64,000 nucleotides of DNA, taken from Octopus vulgaris. Lineage: Eukaryota. A program made the translations under genes and the position numbers. The notes below the pieces were generated by a model. It worked only from the letters and a program-made list of their open reading frames with translations. It searched no databases and was not told the origin of the DNA. Position 1 is the stretch's first letter. Every line of letters starts with the position of its first letter. Below, piece by piece: positions 25,151 through 38,263 of the stretch. The stretch is taken from NCBI GenBank assembly GCA_951406725.2, contig OX597817.1, forward strand, positions 82,894,001 to 82,958,000, in the 5' to 3' direction.

Positions 25151-27017
25151 TTCGATAGTGTACAATTATATTCCTGGAAATGGTAGTTTCAGGTGGTACT
25201 CCGACATGACCGCAGTTCAATGACTGAAACAAGTAAAAGAAAAGATGCAAGGTATGTCAGTGAAGTCTAATTACTGTTTTCTTTTTGCATTCTATTTTAC
25301 TTGAAATCTTTATGACTTTTCTTTAGATTATCGTATATTCATTTATAAACTTTTGCCGGACTCTTGTATAACGCAAATAGGTATAGTTTTGATAAATAAT
25401 ATTGTATTCTAAAACCATTTTCATTGTATTCTTACTTACATTGTGTAATCAGAAGGAAAGAGGATTTAAAATTGTGTGTCGTTCATGCCTTTCATGCGCA
25501 ATTGAATTTGTGTCAACTGTTAATAGAAAACAGATTGGCACTTTAACTATGAGCATTCTGTTCTTATTTTATTGTTTTACTGGCGTTGATAATCAGACTC
25601 AGTCAATCTGATACAGTAGCTTCAAGGTTCTTATTTGATTATATTTATCTCAGTGTTTTGCGCTGTATGTATTTTATCGACTTCCTAGGGAAACGGAAAA
25701 ACAAACTCTAACGGGTGGAAAGAGAAGTAACTGATAATTAGGCACACACTCACACACACACACACAAAATCACCCAAACATAAACACACAGTGAAACACA
25801 TAGTGCGCGTGCGTTTGTATGTTTATGTACTCACGTATACATATGTACATAAACACTCTCGTAAATGATCTCTCTCACACACAGATAGATTATATATTCG
25901 TTGGTCGGCAATCAAGATACACTTGTTTCATTAGTTAAATTTAAAATATTGAGGCTGAAATTAGAATTAAAATTATAAAAAAATGCCTTTATTAGTTTCA
26001 TTTATCTTGAAAACCCGGAATCAGAATGCTAGCTTGGGGATATCTTCAACGTTGCCCCATAGTACTTTCGAAGGCCGGCCCTTGGCGTATCCAGGCATAA
26101 TAATGAATCAAATGATCAGAAAAGATAAAATAAAGAAAATCGAGCAGAAGAACAGCCAACGGTTATATGAGATATATAAATATACTGCCAGACCCAGAAA
26201 CCAACTTTTGTATCATTTTCACATTTAAAAAAATATTTATAGTTTATTTTTGGTCCATCAATCTTCTAATGCAAATAATTAATTTTAATGTGATTTAAAG
26301 AAAAAATAATATTTTCTCATATAATAGATTTAGTAATGATTAATCTCTAATGCTGAATTCCATCAAATGATGATATTGGAATAAATATTTTATGTTGGAA
26401 TAAATAAATAATTATTTTATTTCGATATCAATTAGAAAAATTATATCTTTTAATATGGGCACTAAATCCTTAAAATTTTTAATATAATCATTTAAAGTTT
26501 ATTTTTTATTTGTCACAACTTTTGATTTTTTCCTTCGTCGTAGATTCACGTCGATACTTCTATGACTTTTCTACCTTTTTCTACCTTTCCTCCACTGAAA
26601 ATTAAAATTAAGATTCTCACTAGCGACAAAGATTTGGGTTATTATTACACGGAAACTCTTTCTTCCCAAGCACTCATAATTTCTATACAACTTGACCAAC
26701 AAACTTCCCTGTTCCAATGTGTACAAAACGATATAGCTTCCTCAGATCTAGCATAAACGATTGAGGAGGTGATATGAGAAAAGGAAAAAAAATGCATTTT
26801 AGATATAAATACATTACTAAAATGTTGTACAAGGACTTATTTCTCCAGTAAGCCTATTGAAAACGAAAACTGCAATAAATGATGTTAAACAACACCCTCC
26901 AATTGCCCTCATTAGGATCCAGGTTCATAAATAATCTAACATTGATATATCAACATACAAATTATAGCCTTAAAATTATTGATATTTATGTCTGAGTCGC
27001 CAACAATATGTTTCAAA

Positions 27018-27314
27018 GTGGAAGCACATGGCCTAGTGGTTAGAGCAACGGACTCGCGGTCGAGGGATCGCGGGTTGAATCTCAGACGGGGCGATGTGTG
27101 AGTTTATGAGCGAAACACCTAAGCTCCACGCGGCTCCGGCAGAAGGTAATGGCGAACTTCTGCTGACTCTTTCGCCACAACTTTCTCTCACTCTTTCCTC
27201 CTGCATTGTGAAGCTCACTTGCGACGAACCGGCGTCCCGTCCAGGTGGGGAACCTATACGCCAAGGAAACAGGGAAACAGGAAACAGGCATGGCTCGAGA
27301 AGGAAGAAACAAAA
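27018..27314 (+). mobile_element. SINE family C (tRNA head plus V-domain-like segment), full length with TSD
   Basis: A box tggcctagtggtt, B-box-like gggttgaatc, and gcgacgaaccggcgtcccgtccagg resembling the V-SINE domain. Perfect 17-bp TSD caacaatatgtttcaaa at 27001-27017 and 27315-27331. Confidence 0.9.
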
Positions 27315-28390
27315 CAACAATATGTTTCAAACCACTATCATAATCAAAATTTTGACGTTCAGTCATTATTGCATGATCATGAAAAGTTGCCCAGTCTCAT
27401 TAGGCTCCCTATCCTAATTAAAGTCAACAGTGTTCTGGATAAGATAATACTAATTACTTACGTTAAATAAATAATGATAGCATAGATTCAAAATACTGCA
27501 TAGCAAAGGGATAACATGTATATTTTAAACTACAATGTGTAGCTCTCTAATTTACGCTCTCTAGAACTCTTAATTTACTTAAAATGCCTCTACTATTTTC
27601 CGTAGAAGAGATCCTTATTATTTCCCCAATTTATGACGTTTTGCAAAGTTTCTGAAAACATAGATTTCTCTACAGCACCACTCCAGTAGAGAAACCCAAA
27701 GATATTTTGAGTATTTCCACCAAAAAAAGAAAAGAATTCTTGAATACAAGCTATGTTCATATTCTATCTCCGCTAAAGCGAAAATAATTAAAATTGTATC
27801 TTATAAATAATAAACTGAGCTATAAATTAAATTGATATACGTGATTTTTTTCTAATAACATTGATTTCAAATTTCAGAAATGTTAAAATATTTTCAAAAA
27901 CGGTGCAAGTCAGCATTTTATATCGAATTGCAATCTATTTGGCATTAAAATTTTAACCATAAAGGTCAAACTAGATACAAAACACAAAACAATAAAACAT
28001 TGATCAAGCTCGGTATTTGATATTTGAAATATTGTTGATAATTGTCTCACTACCAACACAAATAACTTTAATAAATTCATATACATTTAATATGAGTTCC
28101 TCAAATTTGCGTAAATTTGACATTAAAAAATTACCATTTTGTCTGCTTCCTTTATAATAAATTAAAAGGTGTCAACCTTTTCCCGATTGGACCACATTTT
28201 TCTCATAAGTGTTTATTCTACTGTATCAATTTTCACGAGTTTTACGGAATGACGTTCTTTGTGAAATCGTTCATTTATGTGAAATTAAAACAAAAATATA
28301 GAAATAAGAAAAAGAAATAAGAAAATTGTAGTCACTCACGGTAGTCGGTAAATGATTCACCCACACATACACATACACACATATACATAC

Positions 28391-28605
28391 ACAAGGTGGG
28401 TGATGAAAGTTCCTGGCTTTCAGTAGAACATGCAGGAGGAACAGTTAATTAGAATTTTATTTAACATATTCCCCTCTCAGATTCACACTCTTATTGTAGC
28501 AGTCCCAGAGTTTTTCTAAGCCCTCAAAGAAGCACGGACGTTTGGGCCTCCAACCAGGCCTTTTGCGATAATTTCAAGGCTAGGAACTTTTCAGACCCCC
28601 TCGTA
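28391..28605. mobile_element. Tc1/mariner-type MITE
   Basis: TIRs caaggtgggtgatgaaagttcctggctt versus reverse-complemented tacgagggggtctgaaaagttcctagcctt, with TA at the right end. Confidence 0.75.
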
Positions 28606-29189
28606 TACGACAAGTACGCAGAATATTTCTTAATGAAATGTAATTCTCAAAACAGGTCGATAATTGTTGCCCAAAATGTTGCAGCAGGTAAACGAATCCA
28701 CGGCCGCATTGTTACGAAGAGTTTCTAAACCAGGAACTATCACTGTAATATCAATGATACAATAAAGTTCCATGAATAAAAGTAGCTCGCAATTAAAAAC
28801 AGAAACTAGAAACAATAGAATAAACAATTGAGGGATAAAGTAAGAACGTATCTACCTCAATGATTTTGAATTAATCATTTGATGATGTTGCATGTGCATA
28901 TATCTGGGTTGCAATTTCAGATGTGTGAGAATGTTCACAGAGTTGATGAAACGTTCTTTCAAACGAGGTAACATTGACCAAAGGCGTTGCAAACGAAATC
29001 TGAAATATTCACCAGTTCTGAAAGGCAAATCTACATTGGAATATTAATGTTAATATTAGATACACAACAACTAAATGTCTGTAGCTATGTTAATGTTGGT
29101 ATAAATTATTTTTTGTTTGAGTGTCTTTCATGAGTTGAAAGTATAGATATGCGTCTTTCACATGAATCACTTTAATAATATTTCATTAT

Positions 29190-29325
29190 TCTTCCGCCGA
29201 GGTGGACTTTGCCTTTCATCCTTCGGTATCGATAAATTAAGTACCAGTTGCGTACTGGAGTCGCACTGATCGACTGGACCCTCCCCCCAAAATCCGGACC
29301 TTGTGCTTAGAGTAGAAAAGAATAT
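29190..29325 (+). mobile_element. SINE family B 3' half (tail type 1)
   Basis: ccgccgaggtggactttgcctttcatcc...aagtaccagttgcgtactgg...ccttgtgcttagagtagaaaagaat. Confidence 0.85.
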
Positions 29326-31224
29326 TTTATTATTCTGAACATTATATATATTCTGAAATAAACTCTTTTCAATGTATATATGTATATGGAGAAGTTTATA
29401 ACAAAATATTTTTCAAAAAATCCTTAAGGAACCTCGTTCCAAAATTGATGATTTCATCCGGCCAGCAAATGCAGTATCTCTAGGCCAACTGTTTACAAGC
29501 ACCATTGTAGTTGGTATCTATTAATAGTAAGAACAAATTCGATTAATCGACAATGCTAATTAATTTCTAAACAGTACACAATACACAAATTTGCACAGAT
29601 TTTCATACTTTTGTCTAATCTACCAAAGATCCATAAATCATAATGTTTTCTCGTATGAGATACTGTCATTAACGGTTTTGTTGGAAGAAAGTTCTTGTAG
29701 ATGTGCAGCGTAATCAGGATAGACATCCAAGCATCGCTTACCCCTATCTAAACTATATTCAACATAAATTATATAAGCTATAATGTATGCGACCTAGGTA
29801 GAAATAAAATACATTTTCGAATGCATATCACCTCATAAGGCTGTAGAATAATTTATGTCATACGTTAATTATATATTTTTCATAAAATATAATTTATCCT
29901 TTAATTGCATATTAATTCTCTGAACGCCTGATATTACTTGTAAATTCTACATACTGGTACATGCAAGCATTATTGATTTATCTACCGACTCAAAGAAACA
30001 CATGCCACAGATTAAAATTCTGGATCAATGAGTTACATGTTTTATCTAATTTATCTAAATTATCAAATATTATTTTATCTATACTTGAATATTAACCAAT
30101 ACTTCTCTGGAGATTTTAAAGCGGTTGTGAATTTAAATGAAAATTATGATTAAATACTTATCACAATAAATAAACTAAATATAGATGGTAGAAAACTCCC
30201 TATAGACGAGATCTAAAGTGCCTATCCTACATCATATATTAGTTTGTTTAACATGAAAAAAGTATAAATATCTATCATGTTTAATGTTAATTTTTCTCTA
30301 CAGAAGAGTTTCCTAATACTTTTGACTACGTGGCGCTTTGGTGATTATAGATTCTGTTTAAAATAAACATATTTTCAATAAATGATTTCATAAAAGAATT
30401 GTGTTTATTTTTATAACTTAATATTGGAGCCAATCTATTCCCCTTTATGGAGAAGAGAGAACAACTAAAGTGAATAAATTTACATATTTACACGCTACGA
30501 AACAACATCAAAATTGAAGTGAAGCTCGTAGTTCTGTTTCAAATTGATATTACATCTACACATGTAGTGGGTTTTTAATAAAAATGTCATTTTATTGCAC
30601 TGAGTAACGAAGACAAGAAAGGAAAAGTAAAGTCCACATTAACAGAAAAATAATATCACGAACACAATGTAATTTATATTGTTTGAAAAGAAATTTATTT
30701 CCTATTAAGGAGATGAAATTCATTAATATATCACTTTTATATAAGAGGTATTCTATATGAATTGTTTAATCAAAAGTTTTGGAGTGAATCAGAACAAATG
30801 TATTACTTATTTGTCATTCATGATTGGACTATGAAATATCTAATAAAAATTGGGGTTTAGAGAAATAGCTTTTATTTCAAGACTGAGTCTAAAGCAATTT
30901 TCATCATTCTTGTTATTTTTTTTTATGCCGTGATAAGCAAATACCAACAGAGTAACCAATGATTGAAAATTTGAAGTACATTTTAATTGTCTGGAGTATT
31001 AGTTGAGCATGAATAACTATGTCAAAAGACTCTGGATGATGCGGTGTGGGTTTTCTATGTCCTGTAAATTTATTGAATGTTTATGTTGTTAGCATAAGGC
31101 TATAAAAAGGAAACGAAAGATGATCCGGCAGTGCTCTCGATTCTACTCACCTGTGAAGGTACACAGCTATTGTTGAATCGTATTGTTTTCCAATTTTGGC
31201 ACAAGGACAGCTACACGCACACAC

Positions 31225-31227
<3 letters not shown>

Positions 31228-31322
<95 letters not shown>

Positions 31323-31352
31323 TAGATAAATAGATAGATAGATAGATAGATA
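31228..31352. repeat. (TA)n + (TAGA)n microsatellite
   Basis: Directly visible. Confidence 0.95.
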
Positions 31353-31699
31353 AAATAATAAATCCTTATTCGTATCTATTCTGTTTACTACTAAATTACT
31401 CAATTATTTTTTTTACTAACCCGATATGCCATCTTAACCTTTCGTTCATTTACGGCTATCATAATCTTGAGGCCACTGACACAATGTTTCAATGCTGTGC
31501 CATAGCCTTTCACTGTTTGCTTCTCCACAGTGATTTAAAATTTCTTCTGTAACGTTTGAAAGTCTTGTATCTATCAGAGTTGATGCTATGTTGCACATAT
31601 TCACCAAAAAACTTGTCTAGTGCTAATTAACAATTGCAGAGACGTGTGTCTATAAATTTTCCTTTCGTCTTGCGCCCACGTGAAATTATGTGAAACTTC

Positions 31700-33400
31700 A
31701 TTAACATACTGGTGTACTGGCTATCAATGTTATCTTGAAGTGACTTCTTCAGGATTCAGCTTTCTGTTTCATATCGGGGAATATGCTCTACGCGTATCTG
31801 AAGAATTCCAACCTTGTTCAGTTTGAAATGTGATGGGGATGGCTTTGTAATCTTAGGATATATAATTTTTTAGCCTTACTGTTCTACTGAACAAAGGCCT
31901 TTGAAGAAATACATAAACATAATTTGATAATTTTACAGGACTCCTCTCTAATTCTTCTAAAAGCTAAGACCTGTGAGAATCTTCATCTTTCTTCGCTAAA
32001 GTAAGTTTGGTTCGTCATCGGATGGGATTGATATGAAAGTAAATTATCTTAAGGAAGAGAGGCTGGTAGATTTTGGAGGTTACAGGTAAGAGAGTAATTA
32101 CTTTGTAGTTCAGAGGTAGTTAATGTTCACCATTCTTTGAAAGTGAAAAAACTGAATACTTTAAGAATGATGATGGTTTATTCATTTTATAAAGTGTTAT
32201 ACAGAGGTCTAGCAGAGTTTGTGGAAGAGACGATTCTTCCAGCTCATGGTTGGTATATTATCTGAACCTGGTGCCTTGCTATTTCTGAACATTCTCTTGA
32301 GGAATCTTTGAACATTTGTTCTGGTAAATGAATCAGCTTGGATCAGCAGGCTAAGTGCTATTTTGTGCTTTAAATCAGAAATGTAAAATTTTATGTTGTG
32401 TAACCCTGTTTTTCAAGAAATAGCCTGAACTATTTAAACAATTTTTGTAGATACTTATGAGCAGCCCTTCCCCAACAAGGTGGATCATTGTAAAAGATTT
32501 CTTGTTGGTATGTTCCTTTAGATCTGCCTTGGTTGGTAGCATTTTGTTTGCATTGTGGAGGTTGTTACCTGCTTCAGATTTTGGATTTAATTTGGACATC
32601 TTGTATTTTTGAAATATCATTTTAGTCGAATTGAAATTGATACCCACAAATATACATGCATCAACTGACAGGCACACATTCACATAAACACAGTTATATA
32701 ATACATCTGTAACCCTCTTTTTATCTAAACTGTTCATTACGAATCTACTCAATTATTTTCGATGCCAACATGACATCTCGGTTTAACACTTATTTTCTTA
32801 TACTTGTCTGTCATGATCCTGACACATTTCACACCATCGCTTTTCTTTGCTCTGCATGAAATTTCATTGCTGTCTTCTTCACTGTGCTGAAAATTTTCTT
32901 TAAAAACTTTTGAAACTCTTGTATCGCTAATGGTATTTTACTCGTTCCAGCCATAAAATATTTTACAGCATTACATCTAAGTTTATTTTCTTTTGATTTA
33001 GCTTTCTGTAATTCTGTTGTAATGAAAGTACATTATCCATTATATATGCTTAGTTGCCAGTTTGACTGTATTCATTATGTTGTATTTGGTGTTTTCAACA
33101 TGTATTTCTAAGACTGTCTCTCTCTCTCTTGTTTGTTCATAAATAATTCTCAAGGCATTTATTATTAATCTCCCTGTCTGCAGGAGTTGTTATCTTTAAG
33201 AAAATGGCCGTCGATTTTCCATAATATGACACCTTTTGTGATGAAGGTTTGTACAATCATCTTATTATTGGCATAATCTCTACTGTATGAAAATTCCAAT
33301 TCTGTTGTCTCTGTATACATATTTCTTTTGAATAAGACTGGGCAGCCAGGAACAATATGTTTGTTTGTTTCTTCACAGCCGCTACATATTCAGCAAAATA
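31700..33400 (-). pseudogene. Very old non-LTR retrotransposon remnants
   Basis: On the minus strand: SKAPG near 32280, a YRP-like segment near 32070, and C.ICSGCEETNKHIVPGCP (CCHC knuckle of RLE-type LINEs) near 33340-33395. Heavily degenerate and probably more than one element. Confidence 0.45.
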
Positions 33401-34559
33401 ATAATCTCAGTTGAGAAACCTTTGATCTTATGCATCGATAAAAAATATCTTTTAAATTCAGCTTTGGATTATGTGCTTCACAGCCATTTCAGAGTGATCT
33501 TTTTCTTTATCCACTTCCGATTTGCTTTGTCTTTTCACGTATAATGAAAATACTTCGCAGAAACCCTTTCCTATTAAATTGCAATATTTTGTCGGAGTAA
33601 GAATTGAAATGTAACATAAACAGAAACGAAACAAAAGCACAAAGCTTTAACATCTAAACGAGTTAAGAATCATAGCATGATATGAGCAGAATATATCAGA
33701 ATCTCATTTCCTATCCCATGTAAATTTTAACACTTTTCCTAATATACTTTGGAAACGGCAATTAGTGTAGAGTAAGAAATTACTTCTTAATTTCACTTTT
33801 TTGTTAGAAATTAATATCCGCTATCTGCATAACTAATACTTTTCACAATAGTTGAAACATAGGAAAATTATGTCCTCTTAATGGTATGACTATGTATGAA
33901 AATAGCATAAGATTATAAAATGGGATCGTAACTCGGATTTCATTTTCAACTAAATCTGCCCTGCAAAGATATTACCTTCGTGCTAGGACATAATTAGCTT
34001 CCCTCAGTAACTAATTTTGATACTAAGTTCAGGGACGATACATGCATTGGTGAATTCACGTGCTTTAGACCAGTTTCCAAAACAGAGCTTTTGGACGATA
34101 GAAACCGCTTGCTTCTACGTATCTCGTTTCTTCTCTCTGTTATTTATCATTAATTCAATATAGACTGCTCCCCTAAACCAGTTAATCTTCCGCAGCAGTA
34201 ATAGCAGAAATAGTTGTAATTGTATTTATATATATATATATATATGTGTGTGTGTATGTGTGTGTAAGTGCGTGTGAGTAAGGTTAGTAAAAAAGAACAA
34301 ATTCAAAACATGGGTATATCTATCTATGTGTGTGTGTGTGTGTGTGCGTGTATGTGTTTGTGTATTCTAATTGGCTGGTCTCCCCGTCAATCAGTTCAAT
34401 GAATGAATTGATAAAATTAAACAAAAATTAACTCACGCTTAGCCTCTCAGATGCGGTTTTTTTATTGCATATATATATATACATACATATATATATATAT
34501 TAATTTTATCAATTCATTCATTGAATATGAGATATAGGTAATTGCACATGCAAAGTTTC

Positions 34560-35068
34560 AGCTAAATCAAACAACTGCAAGTGGGTCAGGGGCATTACTT
34601 ATTGAACGCCCCTCGTACTTCAGACTTCCTTTACATGAATGACAAGGGCTTTACAGAAAGTATAAACATCACAGAGAGGTTGTCTCCTTGGAATATGCCT
34701 TTGCGATACTGTATTCTATCGGTGTTAATACAGTCACTCTTTATGTTTAATTTACAGATGGTAGTCCACGATGAAGTCAAGTCAGCTGTGGCTTTGACTA
34801 TTCTCACTGGAACTTTTGCAAGTTGAAGTGATTCTAGCATCCATGAGTAGGAAAAAGAGTCAAAGGCTTTCTTGTAATCTAGCCACATTGAAACTAGGTT
34901 CCTCCTATGCTCTCGCGCCTCTGACATCGCAGTTTTGTTGATTAACAATTGCTCAGCGCATCCCCAGACTCCCTTCTTCCCAGCTGCTTGTCCTACTGTG
35001 ATGATGTTATTGCTTTCACAATGTTCTTGGAGGAAGAGGTTTAAAAATGTTGCATATATCTTATACGC
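34560..35068 (-). pseudogene. Dong/R4-type (RLE) LINE reverse transcriptase fragment
   Basis: Translates as GKKGVWGCAEQLLINK...WLDYKKAFDS...YRKGIFQGDNLS. Confidence 0.88.
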
Positions 35069-35099
35069 CTAGAAATATTAAATATTTTCATATTCTTTT

Positions 35100-35420
<321 letters not shown>

Positions 35421-35625
35421 GTGAAATAGAAAGATGAATAATTTTGTTGCAGATTAATCAAAAGTTTAACCGATACCTTGGTAGCAAAAATCACAGCAGA
35501 AGACAGCACGGTTGGAGGTACAACCATATGGTGTTGCAACCGTGCGTTGGTGCGGATAATTGAATTTTAATATTATTAGTGAATTGAAGAAATGGAGTTG
35601 AACGAAGATTGAACAGAAATCGTTT

Positions 35626-35718
35626 TATTTCATTCTACACGTGTTTCGAAAGGCACAATTTACCAAATTCCGATTGAATAATGAGACCATATTGTGTCTT
35701 TCTCTTCAGGAAGAAATA
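35626..35718 (-). ncRNA. Type I hammerhead ribozyme in left pLTR
   Basis: Reads tatttcttc CTGAAGA gaaagacacaat...attgtgcctttc GAAA cacgtg TA gaatgaaata. Confidence 0.85.
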
Positions 35719-36387
35719 GGAAATCCGTTGGAAAAAGCAAAAACAGAACAGAGGCGGAGCAAAACAAATCGAACTAGGCTCCTAAGAGCCCATGGCCAAA
35801 CTGTTTATCAGTGTATGTTGAAAACGGGTGGTGGGTGCGTTGAAGATTTTAACGGGTCAGGCAGCGGTCATTCCGGTGGGTGAGGGCACGGGTGTGTAGA
35901 TGTTCTTTGTGACCGAGAGTAAAGTTCTGACTATTTAAAGAATATTAGGTGTATTATATGGGGCGAGCCAAAATCTACTTAGAGACATGTGTGTGTTTAC
36001 TGTTCTATATATGTGTGCGGGCGCAAGTTGGTAAGAAGCGCTACATTCTGGTCACTGCTGAGAAATCCGTCAAGGGTAGAAAACATTTTATGTGTACGTG
36101 TGTGCGTTTGATCGCGCGGCTGTCAGTTGGTAAACAGCTCTACACAATGGTCACTGCTGCAAAATCCGTCGGGCGGCAGAAAAATATTTTATGTGTGCGT
36201 GTGTTCGTCTAATCATGCCTTGTCAAAGAAACCCCCCGTCGTCAAAAACAAAGCCCCATTCATCTCACAGGAGTAATTCCCCTTGCAATGGTTAATCATA
36301 TTTCTCTTAAAGGCTTTTTCAGAATTTATTACCAAGGGCTATTTTCATATAAGTAGTGTAACCGGGTGCAGGTATTATTTATAAGCG

Positions 36388-37173
36388 TTATTTATAAGCA
36401 AGATAAGTATAACGCCGCCAATGGGGGCATCGAAAAGCCGACTGTAAAAGTCCGTTTACCATCCGGTCTCTGGCGAACAATATATGAAAGAGTTCGGAGA
36501 CACAAAGGTTGCACTTCCTTCTGCCCCTATCAAATGGGAGGGCCACCGACAAAATTGACCATTCCAGCCTGTAGCTTGAGTTCGTATTCTTCAATCGCCA
36601 TATTAGCTTGCTAAGTCCCGTGGTCTGGCGTTTATTCATGTTTCGAAAAGTTGCGTAATGGTTGGAGATTCGTAAAGCCAATCTTGACGATGAGGCCCCG
36701 ACATAGGCGTAGACATCTGAGTCCGTGTAAACCTTGCATTGGTAGACGGCGTTTCTGATCTTGGAGTTCGCCGACGTGAATCTTATTCTGCTAGGATTAG
36801 TTTCTGAAATTAGAACTGCGTTACTGTCACTATATTTGTTGCGAGAACTGCAGCCGCTTACTACTTTATTTTCCACTACGTCACTATTAACTAACGGAAT
36901 AACCCCTGATTCTCCGCTATCTATCAGAGTGCTGTCATTGCTAGTGCCCGTGGTGCTGCTATTGCCGGAAACGATGCTGGGGTTGCTATTGGGACTCTCT
37001 ACCCTAACGAGCCGAGCTGCGCTCACCTCACTACTGCCATTGTTACCGTCAATTACAACACCCCTATCTATAACTATACCCCTAGTATATAATCCCTGGT
37101 TGGAGCTGAGATTATGAGTCACTGTACTGGCTCTCATATCATTATTACTACTATTATTATTCCTACTGAGCAT
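36388..37173 (-). CDS. PLE GIY-YIG endonuclease preceded by an N/S-rich low-complexity linker
   Basis: Translates as AVYQCKV...YVGASSSRLALRISNH...TGLSKLIWRLK...LEWSIL...CNLCVSE...CPH. Confidence 0.85.
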   Translation of the reverse strand: MLSRNNNSSNNDMRASTVTHNLSSNQGLYTRGIVIDRGVVIDGNNGSSEVSAARLVRVESPNSNPSIVSGNSSTTGTSNDSTLIDSGESGVIPLVNSDVVENKVVSGCSSRNKYSDSNAVLISETNPSRIRFTSANSKIRNAVYQCKVYTDSDVYAYVGASSSRLALRISNHYATFRNMNKRQTTGLSKLIWRLKNTNSSYRLEWSILSVALPFDRGRRKCNLCVSELFHILFARDRMVNGLLQSAFRCPHWRRYTYLAYK

Positions 37174-37780
37174 TAAACCGGGAGCGGAAGAAGCTGTGCC
37201 TCCGGAAAAGGTGATAGGGTCTTAGTAAGTAGCCTATTATTATGGGAGGCGATTATCTGGGTGAGGTTTTTAGTGTTGGAGAAAGCTATCCTAACTTTAT
37301 GCGAGTTAACCGTGGAGTAATATTTGGAATTTCTGGGGAAGTTATTGGCGATGGCTTGTCGAAACATGAGGGGGAGGTTAGTTCTAATCTGCTTACCAAA
37401 GGGAATTACAAACCATATATGCTTATTCCTATCTATGTGATGGGTCGGGACGCCAGCTCTCGCATTCGGGTGGGTGATTCTCGGATGAATAACGGGTTTT
37501 GGGTTAGTGTGAGATCCCCCGGACCGATAATTATCCTTGTTCGCTACATTAAATGCGGGAGCGACTGCCCCAGCATCCGCCGCGCTCCCGTCTCTACTTA
37601 AATTGTTTATGTTATTATAGACGACCCTATCCTGATGACCGAATGATGGCATCGGAAGGGCCGGATCAATATAAATTACCTTCTGCCTATAACCGGCCTT
37701 GGATAGTGCGGCGTTATAAAATTCCGCTTTCTGCATAAAAATATCGGCACTAGCGGACAAGCCAGACAATCTTAGAGAGA
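37173..37780 (-). pseudogene. PLE reverse transcriptase thumb/C-terminal region (5'-truncated)
   Basis: RLSGLS...YNAALSKAGY and HIWFVIPFGKQIRTN...FP...VRIAFSNTKNLTQIIASHN follow the Naiad-type pattern IIWFNPPFS..V.TN...SYS...N...II..HN as I recall it. Confidence 0.8.
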
Positions 37781-38170
37781 TTTATAGTAAGTTCAATTCC
37801 CATAAGCCCCAAGTGCTTTTGACGAAAGCATGCACAATTCAACTATTGATTTATTCCTTTATAAACATTTCAGAATTTCCATATTTGTAGAGAGACACAC
37901 ATGTCTCTAAGTAGATTTTTCTCGCCCCATATAATACACCTAATATTCTTTAAATAGTCAGAACTTTACTTTCGGTCACAAAGAACATCTACACACCCCG
38001 TGCCCTCACCCACCGGAATGACCGCCGCCTGACCCGTTAAAATCTTCAACGCACCCACCACCCGTTTTCAACATACACTGATAAACAGTTTGGCCATGGG
38101 CTCTTAGGAGCCTAGTTCGATTTGTTTTGCTCCGCCTCTGTTCTGTTTTTGTTTTTTCCAACGGATTTCC

Positions 38171-38263
38171 TATTTCTTCCTGAAGAGAAAGATACAATAT
38201 GGTCTCATTATTCAATCGGAATTTGGTAAATTGTGCCTTTCGAAACACGTGTAGAATGAAATA
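38171..38263 (+). ncRNA. Type I hammerhead ribozyme in right pLTR
   Basis: CTGAAGA at 38180-86, 12-bp helix II base (38187-98 with 38230-41, one mismatch and one G-U), GAAA at 38242-45, palindrome ACACGTGT, GUA triplet, helix I tatttc-ttc / gaa-t-gaaata. Confidence 0.85.

Noticed and set aside
35641-35883. 80-aa ORF duplicated at 38006-38248
   Set aside because: It lies antisense to the hammerhead within the pLTR and starts at GTG. The duplication simply reflects the inverted repeat.
36200-36300. SECIS element downstream of the Naiad-type ORF
   Set aside because: An AUGA is present, but I found no apical AA motif or convincing kink-turn, and there is no in-frame UGA in the visible ORFs.
37628-37670. 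CTGATGA...GAAG on the strand antisense to the PLE ORF
   Set aside because: GAAG replaces GAAA and there are no consistent helices, so it is a chance match in coding sequence.
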